Source: Gemmatimonadota bacterium
GTDB lineage: Bacteria; Latescibacterota; UBA2968; UBA8231
Reading direction: 5' to 3'
NCBI GenBank assembly: GCA_038128265.1
Contig: JAYPJE010000097.1
Span: forward strand, 1-11,290
Length of the DNA stretch: 11,290 bases
The position numbers and the translations under genes were made by a program. Below are positions 1-6,441 of this stretch, piece by piece (the first letter of the stretch is position 1; each line of letters begins with the position of its first letter). The notes under the pieces were generated by a model. That model was not told the origin of the DNA, ran no database searches, and saw nothing but the letters and a program-made list of their open reading frames with translations.

Positions 1-146
1 TAGCGCCCTTCGCGCACGGCCTGCGTAGACCCCTTCACGTCCGTTATAATGACCCACCAATCCTCCGGCACCGGCCGATAGTGGTCGTCTTTGCTAAACA
101 GAGCAAAGTCGGAAAACGACGTCAGGTCCTTAAAAAACGTGTTCAT
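1..146 (-). CDS. DUF3095-family protein (class III nucleotide cyclase-like N-terminus), 5' part only; runs off the left edge
   Basis: Not in the ORF track. Manual translation from ATG at 146: MNTFFKDLTSFSDFALFSKDDHYRPVPEDWWVIITDVKGSTQAVREGR(Y), open to the window edge. The pattern 'Y.P.P.DW.V..TD..GST.A...GRY' is the N-terminal signature I recognise for DUF3095. It starts 6 nt after the stop of the upstream deacetylase. Confidence 0.85.
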   Translation of the reverse strand, partial: MNTFFKDLTSFSDFALFSKDDHYRPVPEDWWVIITDVKGSTQAVREGR

Positions 147-152
147 AGCGGT

Positions 153-893
153 CTATCTCTGCCGACTGCGCAGGTGCGCGGCAATCTCGGCCAGCGGCGC
201 CGTCCAAATATCCGCCTGCCCGCCCAAGTACTCGACCAGCTTGCGGTGCTCTTCCGGATCGATAAACAGTCCGTGCGTGCCCTGTCCCACGCCGTGCATC
301 ATGTAGATGGTCCACCCGCCCAAGGCCAGACCGGCTTCGATCTCCGCACGCATGTCGGCAAAGGAACGCGCGTCGCCGCTAAAGTGGCCGAGCGCGGACA
401 GGTTGAGCGCATCGGCCGTGACGGTGCGATCGCACCACGGCCCGCGGCCGGCGACAAAGAGCTCGTCGATCAGTGGCTCCAAGCTGTGCACGGCATCGCC
501 GTCGCCGATTTCCGTATTGCAGCAGGTATTGCCAAAGCTGCGCTCGGTGCGCCCATCGACCAAATTCAACACAATATTGGCCGCGCGCATCTCGTCGGTC
601 CAGCGCCGCGCCGTATAGGTCTTTAGGTCAAACGCCTCGTCTAGCCAGCCGTGGTTTGGCCCCTTGCGACACGGATGAAAGATGCTGTGGTTGCCCAGCT
701 CGTGGCCGCGCGCAGCGACCTGGCGCCACGCCTCGGGATTGGCGCCCAGCGGCAGCACGTTGGTGTAAAAGGTCGCGCGCAAACCGTGCTCTTCTAGCAG
801 CGGGGCCACCTGCTCGTAATGGACGGGCAGCGCATCGTCGTACGTAAGCGAGACGGCGCCTCGCTTGCCTTCGGGCCAGTTTAGTGCAGTCAT
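153..893 (-). CDS. Polysaccharide deacetylase (NodB homology / CE4-like), 246 aa
   Basis: Motif 1 'VSLTYDDA', 'RATFY', metal-binding 'GHELGNHSIFHP' (H-S-x-x-H), C-terminal 'YMMHGV' and 'IWTAPL'. Purine-rich GGAAGGCAGG upstream of the ATG. No signal peptide. Confidence 0.9.
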   Translation of the reverse strand: MTALNWPEGKRGAVSLTYDDALPVHYEQVAPLLEEHGLRATFYTNVLPLGANPEAWRQVAARGHELGNHSIFHPCRKGPNHGWLDEAFDLKTYTARRWTDEMRAANIVLNLVDGRTERSFGNTCCNTEIGDGDAVHSLEPLIDELFVAGRGPWCDRTVTADALNLSALGHFSGDARSFADMRAEIEAGLALGGWTIYMMHGVGQGTHGLFIDPEEHRKLVEYLGGQADIWTAPLAEIAAHLRSRQR

Positions 894-928
894 ACCGCAT
901 ACCTGCCTTCCGTTGTGCTATCGCGTGT

Positions 929-959
929 GCAGGCGGCACTCGATCCGCCTGCGTTTCTT
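929..959. other. GC-rich stem-loop in the divergent intergenic region
   Basis: GCAGGCGG (929-936) / 8-nt loop / CCGCCTGC (945-952) is a perfect 8-bp inverted repeat, followed by GTTTCTT on the + strand. Confidence 0.5.
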
Positions 960-990
960 GCCCAGCTATCGGCAAACGCGTATGGTTTCC

Positions 991-1025
991 GTGCGTAATA
1001 TACTGGACGCACCGTGCCCAGTCGA
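991..1025. promoter_or_regulatory. Candidate divergent promoter core within an inverted repeat
   Basis: GTGCGT-N10-ACGCAC (991-1012) brackets TATACT (+, 999-1004) and TATATT (-, 1002-997). On the - strand, TCGACT (1025-1020) lies 17 nt upstream of TATATT. Confidence 0.4.
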
Positions 1026-1065
1026 CCGGGCGCGCAGCCCATCACCGCTTTTGTGGAGAGACGAC

Positions 1066-1713
1066 ATGATCCACCGATTTGTTCTGGTAATTATCTGCAC
1101 GGCCCTGCTGTCCACCGCGCCGGCGCGCGCCGAACAGGCCGCGGGCGAAGCGCTCAACGAGGTGCCGCTCTACCCGGTGCCAACTGAGATGACGCTACAG
1201 GAATACCGCGATGCCAACCGGCGCCTGGGCGTGGGCCTGCTCCTGGCTACGATCCCCATACCCGGCATGCTGCAGTTTTACGCCGACGAGCCGCGCTCTG
1301 GCTGGAAGCACGTCGGCGTAGCCGGACTCGGCCTGGTCTCCGTTGCGCTGGGCGCGGCACTTATGGACGAGGCCGAGGATTGGCCGGATTCCGACTATGA
1401 AATCGTCGATATAACGGGAGAAAACGGCACGGTCAAGCGCTACGAAAAAATTCCCGTAGGCGTAGAGGCCGGCAGCACCCACTACAAGCTGCGCGCGTTG
1501 GAGCGCGAGCAAGAGGGAGGCGGCGCGCTGCTGGTCGCGTTAGGTGCCGGCCTGTTGGTAGGGCAGTGGGTGCACGGCTGGGTCGACGGCATACGCACCA
1601 TCGAGCGCAAGCGCGACGCCGTGCGCTATCGCTACGGCAAGTCGCTCTCCCTGCAGCCGCAGGTCGACGCCGAAAGAGAGCGCGTAGGTCTGCAGCTGGC
1701 GCTGCGCTTTTAG
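1066..1713 (+). CDS. Exported hypothetical membrane protein, 215 aa (loosely DUF5683-like)
   Basis: Start reassigned from 865 to ATG 1066, which has SD GGAGAG at 1055-1060. Signal peptide MIHRFVLVIICTALLSTAPARA with an A-x-A cleavage site. Three Gly-rich hydrophobic segments, an 'IPGMLQFY' motif and a C-terminal alternating strand 'VGLQLALRF'. Confidence 0.8.
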   Translation: MIHRFVLVIICTALLSTAPARAEQAAGEALNEVPLYPVPTEMTLQEYRDANRRLGVGLLLATIPIPGMLQFYADEPRSGWKHVGVAGLGLVSVALGAALMDEAEDWPDSDYEIVDITGENGTVKRYEKIPVGVEAGSTHYKLRALEREQEGGGALLVALGAGLLVGQWVHGWVDGIRTIERKRDAVRYRYGKSLSLQPQVDAERERVGLQLALRF

Positions 1714-1741
1714 CGGGCCCAACATATTCGCGGCGCCGCTA
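1711..1741. terminator. Possible hairpin between convergent genes
   Basis: TAGCGG (1711-1716) pairs with CCGCTA (1736-1741) across the 34-nt gap between convergent stops. The interior is imperfect and there is no U-tract. Confidence 0.25.
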
Positions 1742-1747
1742 TACCGG

Positions 1748-2659
1748 CTATTCAATCGCCACGCGCGCCAGATAAATCTTTGCCTTGCCCTCGTGCGCTG
1801 AGTAATAGCTCACCCACAGCCTATCGCCGTGCCACACCATGCCCGGATAGCTGCAGTCGCCGCCGCTGGGCAATTCCAGCGCGTATTCGTAGGTGGTGGG
1901 CGTCATGCGCGCAAGCCACATGCGGCCACCTTCGATATATCGCCGACCGCCGCCCCACATTGCGCCGTTGGGCAGCACGACAAAATTGGGTCCGCCAATG
2001 GCCTCGTCCATCCGCGTCCACGCCCACTCGGTGTACGGGGGGCGACTGCGACCGATCCACTCGGGCCGCACCAAGGCGATCAGTGCTCCGTCGGGCATAA
2101 AGCGCAGCGTCGTCTCCGAGGCGTTCCAGGTATTTTCCGGCAGGTAAAACTCACAGATCCAGCGCCAATCAACGGCGTCATCGCTAGCGTACAGCATACC
2201 GCGACGCGGGTTGTTGCCCTCGCCCAATTTGGACACCGCATAGGCTCGGCCTGCGTGCCAGGTAATGCGCCAGAGCCAGTGGTCCTCAGCCAGAACGCGC
2301 ACCGGAGTGCTCCAAGTATGCCCATCAGCCGAAAACGACAGGCGCGGCGAACGCGTTAGGTAGGTCGAGCCGCGGTACACAGAAGCCCCCATCACCAGCA
2401 CCAGGCTTCCGTCCGGCGCCGCGCTCAGTTTGGGGTCGCGCAGATCAAACCCCTCTTCTTCCAACAGGGCGACCGACTGCCAAGACGCGCCGTCTTGCGA
2501 ACGGAGGATTCGTATCGCCCCCAGGCTGCCGCCGCCGTGATCGGCGGCCTCGCGGAAGGTGCACCACCACTGACCGCGCCAGTGCAGCAGGTCGGTGAAG
2601 GCGCTGTGCTCGGCCTCCGACCATATGCAGTCGAGTTGTTCGATAACGAGACCTGTCAT
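1748..2659 (-). CDS. Asp-box/BNR-repeat beta-propeller protein (exo-alpha-sialidase-like glycoside hydrolase), 303 aa
   Basis: Three Asp-boxes (SQDGASW, SADGHTW, SDDAVDW), plus 'HSAFTDL', 'FREA', 'DLRDPKL', 'SETTLRF' and C-terminal 'GGDCSYPG'. SD-like GAGGGTG upstream. No signal peptide. Confidence 0.85.
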   Translation of the reverse strand: MTGLVIEQLDCIWSEAEHSAFTDLLHWRGQWWCTFREAADHGGGSLGAIRILRSQDGASWQSVALLEEEGFDLRDPKLSAAPDGSLVLVMGASVYRGSTYLTRSPRLSFSADGHTWSTPVRVLAEDHWLWRITWHAGRAYAVSKLGEGNNPRRGMLYASDDAVDWRWICEFYLPENTWNASETTLRFMPDGALIALVRPEWIGRSRPPYTEWAWTRMDEAIGGPNFVVLPNGAMWGGGRRYIEGGRMWLARMTPTTYEYALELPSGGDCSYPGMVWHGDRLWVSYYSAHEGKAKIYLARVAIE

Positions 2660-2692
2660 GTGCTCACCCTCTGGCTTTCCATCGTCGCCGGC

Positions 2693-3913
2693 TCACCAGT
2701 GCTCTGCCACGGCCTGCAAACTGAGCCCCTCGGGCATCTCCTCAAAAAAGTACGGCATGGGCCCCGACTGAAACCCCGGCGTAAAGCGTTCCTCTTCGCC
2801 CTGCAGCTGTGCGTCTAACCAGGCAAAGCGCTGCCACAGTTCGGTCCACTCGGCTGGCGAAAAGCGCGGACCCAGCTCGGGCTCCTGCGTCCAGTCGCCG
2901 CAGTAGCCAGCGCGGTAGGGGTGGTCGCCGTGCGCCAGCTTATACGCCACTTTCGACAGCAAGATGGCCGTGACCTCGCGCCCCTCCTGCCCCGGATGCA
3001 GTGCGGCGATCCCGGCGTAAAACGCTTCGGCGTCGCCGGCCAGCATAGCGCGGTAGACCGCTTCAACCCGATCGCATTCTTCCAGGTACAGCCGGCGGTG
3101 TTCGGCCACAAGCGCCTGCAGATGCGGCGGCAGGTGCGGCGTGGCGTCGCCGCCGCGGTGCAGTCCCGGCACGTAGGGAAAGAGATCGCCTCCCAAACAG
3201 CGGTACCCTAGGTGCACCGTGCGCCGTAGCGTGCTGCTGTAGTTGCTGCCCCAGTGCAGAATCGTATTGGTGTAGACCACGCCGTCGCCCGCCCTGAGCT
3301 TGACCTGCAGCGCATCGGGCAGGGCGACCCGGCTGTCCTCGGCCAGCTGGGCGTTTTCCGCTGCGGTGTTGGGCCGCCGGTGACTGCCCGGCACCACCTG
3401 CAGCACGTCGTCGTCATAGAGGGCGACATTCCACTGCAGATAGCCCGGCCCGTTGGCCAGCAGGTCCTTTTCCAACCCGCACAGCGGCGCCTGGTCAATG
3501 GGGTGAATGTCGCGGTGCCAGGCGGCCGGCCCGTGATCGCTCTGCGGGCTGCACATCAGCATGTAGGCCGTGGGGGCGGCCAATGCCCCCATAATGCGCT
3601 GGCTGGCATCCAGCGGCCCGCCCTCGTCGAGGCACCAGGCCACCGTCGCCGCCGTTTGCGCATCGTCGACGTGCCGATCAAAGCCAGACAGCCGCGGCTG
3701 CGCGCTCGTTTCCCAAGCGCCCCCCGGCGGATCGTCTGGTCCGGCTTCCCGCACCCACTGCGCGCGCTGGCGATCGACCAGCGTTTCAAAGGCTGCGCGC
3801 AGTTCGTCCAAGCGGCCGGGCGGCACGACATCTCGCACTACGACAAAACCGTCGCGCAGCAGCATCTCGCCGTCGAGCGCCTCGAGGGGCACGCCCGCTG
3901 TGTACTCGCTCAT
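2693..3913 (-). CDS. Phytanoyl-CoA dioxygenase (PhyH)-family Fe(II)/2-oxoglutarate oxygenase with C-terminal extension, 406 aa
   Basis: 'RDGFVVVRDVV' N-terminal motif, facial triad H133-x-D135...H220 (WHRD, ILHWG), 'LQVVPGSHR', 'LRAGDGVVY' and downstream 'RRTVH' Arg. SD AGAGGAGA upstream. Confidence 0.9.
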   Translation of the reverse strand: MSEYTAGVPLEALDGEMLLRDGFVVVRDVVPPGRLDELRAAFETLVDRQRAQWVREAGPDDPPGGAWETSAQPRLSGFDRHVDDAQTAATVAWCLDEGGPLDASQRIMGALAAPTAYMLMCSPQSDHGPAAWHRDIHPIDQAPLCGLEKDLLANGPGYLQWNVALYDDDVLQVVPGSHRRPNTAAENAQLAEDSRVALPDALQVKLRAGDGVVYTNTILHWGSNYSSTLRRTVHLGYRCLGGDLFPYVPGLHRGGDATPHLPPHLQALVAEHRRLYLEECDRVEAVYRAMLAGDAEAFYAGIAALHPGQEGREVTAILLSKVAYKLAHGDHPYRAGYCGDWTQEPELGPRFSPAEWTELWQRFAWLDAQLQGEEERFTPGFQSGPMPYFFEEMPEGLSLQAVAEHW

Positions 3914-3958
3914 CGCATATCTCCTCTCGCTCTAACCCGGCCGATTCGCACGCTGCGC

Positions 3959-5254
3959 TTACGCCCTACCCGCGCGCGAAAAAATAGCAGCGCCGGCCAC
4001 AATGCCCACAAAGCTGAGGGCAAAAAAGGGCGTATACGGCCCGACGGGCAAGCCGAAGAGCTCCGTGCGCAATCCTCCAACTTGGTCCAAACCCCAGCCG
4101 GTTAACAGCGGACTGAGGACCGCGGCCATCTGCGTCCACGTGTAGAACAGCGCCATGTACTCCGTTTTCTTTTCGACCGGCACCAGATCGACGTTGAGCT
4201 GACGGTCCTGTCCGATGCTGAAGCCAATCGACCCAACGCCCCACAGCGCGGCGGCAACCGCTGCCCAAAAGACACCCGCTTCGCTGTGTCGGGGAATCGC
4301 CATCCAGATCAGCGGCAGCACGCCCATGGCCAGCACGCCGCTCAGCAAGACGAGTCGCCCGCTGAAGCGATCGGCCAGCCAACCCCAGCCGTAGCTGGAG
4401 ATCAAGGTGCCGATGAGCAGGAAGGTCTGCATCTGCACCACGGTGCCTGCGTCGAGGCCGACTTCGTCTTTCAGGTAGAGCGGTATAAACGCACCCCAAG
4501 CGTGCGTGGCCAATGACATAATGACTAGCCCCCACAGAAAACGCCGAAACGGTGCATCGCGCAGCGCCTGTCGCAGCAGGGAAAAGTGAGCGCGCTGGGA
4601 AACGGCTTCCCGCTGTGGGCCACCGCCGCCAATGGGCATCTTGACCAACACCGAGATCAAACCAAACGACGCGGCGAGCAGGACGAGTATTTGGTAGGCG
4701 CGCAGATCGGCACCTTCCAATAGGAAGTGGCCCATCCACGCGATCACGCCCAGCCCAAAAACGGTGGAGACAATATTGTTGACGGCTGAGAACTGACCGC
4801 GCACGCGCCGTGGCACAAACTCGTAGGCCCATGGATAGAGGGCCGTCTCGGCAATCACCCGCAGCACACCGAACGTACCCATCACCGCCGTCGTGAAAAT
4901 CATGACTCCAACGAGGCCGAACTGGTGCAGCACAAAGGGGCAGGCCGCCAGCAGAGCAAAGACGAATTTGCGCGCGCTGTAAAAGGCGAGATAGGTGCGT
5001 TTACAGCCCCAGCGGGCGGCGATGGGCGCGACAAAGAGGGCCAGCGGTCCCGGCAGGAAGATCAGCGCATTGAGCAGGCCAATATGCGTCTTGGGCAGAC
5101 CCAGCTCGTCGTAGTAGAGCACGAGGACGGAGCCCAGGTTGCCGTACACGCTGCCCAGCGCCGCGCTGAGCAGCGCCCACGGCAGGCGGCGAATTTTGGC
5201 GCGGTCCTCGTCGGCTGCACCGTCGTATGAAGGCGGCGACGAGTCGTCGCTCAC
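3959..5254 (-). CDS. Major facilitator superfamily transporter, 431 aa
   Basis: About 12 hydrophobic segments in two halves. Motif-A-like loops 'IAARWGCKR' and 'GWLADRFSGR'. GTG start overlaps the upstream stop (GTGA, 5254-5251). Confidence 0.9.
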   Translation of the reverse strand: MSDDSSPPSYDGAADEDRAKIRRLPWALLSAALGSVYGNLGSVLVLYYDELGLPKTHIGLLNALIFLPGPLALFVAPIAARWGCKRTYLAFYSARKFVFALLAACPFVLHQFGLVGVMIFTTAVMGTFGVLRVIAETALYPWAYEFVPRRVRGQFSAVNNIVSTVFGLGVIAWMGHFLLEGADLRAYQILVLLAASFGLISVLVKMPIGGGGPQREAVSQRAHFSLLRQALRDAPFRRFLWGLVIMSLATHAWGAFIPLYLKDEVGLDAGTVVQMQTFLLIGTLISSYGWGWLADRFSGRLVLLSGVLAMGVLPLIWMAIPRHSEAGVFWAAVAAALWGVGSIGFSIGQDRQLNVDLVPVEKKTEYMALFYTWTQMAAVLSPLLTGWGLDQVGGLRTELFGLPVGPYTPFFALSFVGIVAGAAIFSRAGRA

Positions 5255-6441
5255 TCGATAACCATAAGCGCCGAACGGGCCACTTCGTCCCAGTCCGGCT
5301 CGACGACGGGCCGGTCGCTCCAGGCGATGCGGGCAACGCCGTCGCCTACTACGAGTTTGCCGCGACAGTCCCGCTCCGCTGCGGGCGGCTCCGGCTGCAG
5401 GCCCATAAACGCCTCAAAGAGCGGGTCGTTGGCCACGCCCAAGATCACGTGCGGATCGCCGCCGTGCACCGGCACGCCCATGCTCTCGGCCATCTGCGCA
5501 ACTTTGAGCTGGCCGGTGATGCCGATGCCGCGCTGACGCACGATGTCGGTGGCGCCCAGCGCCACGTAGGGCGCCGCGTTAAAAGGCTGACCGCCGATGG
5601 CGCCGATCCACTCCAGGGCGAGCACGGGCAGATCGACCGCTTTACACAGCGTCTGCAGACCGAGTATGTCGTAATCCTGCAGCGGCTCCTCAATCCACTC
5701 GTAATTATACTTTTCCAGCACGCGGCTAATGCGGATGGCCTCCTCGCAGGTGTAGGACTCGACCGGATCGTGCAGCAGGAGAAAGTCGTCGCCCATCGCC
5801 GTGCGCAGCTCGCGCGCCATTTCGGCGTTGCCCTCCACGCCGCGGTACCAGTGGTCCTTGCCGCCAATAAAGCCCTGCGCGCGCTTGTCCATGGCGCTCT
5901 CGACGATCGCGTCGATCGTGCGCCCGCCAATCAGCCCATAGGCCGGCACGCTTTCCCGCGCACCGCCCAACAGCTTGTAGATAGGCTGTCGCGCGTGGCG
6001 ACTGGCCAAATCCCACAGCATGCGATCGATGGTGTCCAGCGGCTGGCGGCCCGTGTAGAAAAAGCGCTGCGCGTACCACATCCGCTGCCAGATATACTCG
6101 CGATCAAAGGCGTCCACGCCCACGATCATCGGCATGTAGCGGGCCAGCGCCAGCTTGGCGTTCCACTCCAGCTCCGAGGCGCTGTAGCCGCTGCCCCAAT
6201 CCGCGTATGCGTCGAGCGGGCCGTCGGTGTGCAAGCGCAGCTGGAGCTTGTACATCGGCACGGGCTCCGGCGTGGCATATTCGATGTGCAGATCGGGTTC
6301 GGGGCCCATACCCTCGCAGTGGGTAAACAAACCGGACAGGCCGGGCGGCACTTTGTCGATGCCGCCGCGGTCGGCGTAGCGCACCTGGCGCACCTGCGGC
6401 TCGGTCTCACTCAGATAGAAGGTCGCTTTGGTAATCTTCAT
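5251..6441 (-). CDS. Mandelate racemase/muconate lactonizing enzyme (enolase superfamily) protein, catalytic residues retained, 396 aa
   Basis: 'IDRMLWDL...QPIYKLLGG.R..VPAY' N-domain signature. Metal ligands D225, E251 (WIEEP) and E277 at the canonical 26/26 spacing, K195-x-H197 and H326. ATGA overlap with the upstream gene. Confidence 0.92.
   Translation of the reverse strand: MKITKATFYLSETEPQVRQVRYADRGGIDKVPPGLSGLFTHCEGMGPEPDLHIEYATPEPVPMYKLQLRLHTDGPLDAYADWGSGYSASELEWNAKLALARYMPMIVGVDAFDREYIWQRMWYAQRFFYTGRQPLDTIDRMLWDLASRHARQPIYKLLGGARESVPAYGLIGGRTIDAIVESAMDKRAQGFIGGKDHWYRGVEGNAEMARELRTAMGDDFLLLHDPVESYTCEEAIRISRVLEKYNYEWIEEPLQDYDILGLQTLCKAVDLPVLALEWIGAIGGQPFNAAPYVALGATDIVRQRGIGITGQLKVAQMAESMGVPVHGGDPHVILGVANDPLFEAFMGLQPEPPAAERDCRGKLVVGDGVARIAWSDRPVVEPDWDEVARSALMVIE

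Noticed and set aside
865..1065. 67-codon N-terminal extension of the + strand membrane protein given by the ORF track
   Set aside because: It overlaps the divergent deacetylase start and the promoter region. ATG 1066 has an SD and begins a clean signal peptide.
3966..4832. 288-aa same-strand alternative-frame ORF inside the MFS gene, and 8220-8909 overlapping the lipoprotein gene
   Set aside because: Arg/Gly/Ala-rich low-information translations typical of off-frame GC-rich sequence. The main frames are intact, so there is no sign of a frameshift.
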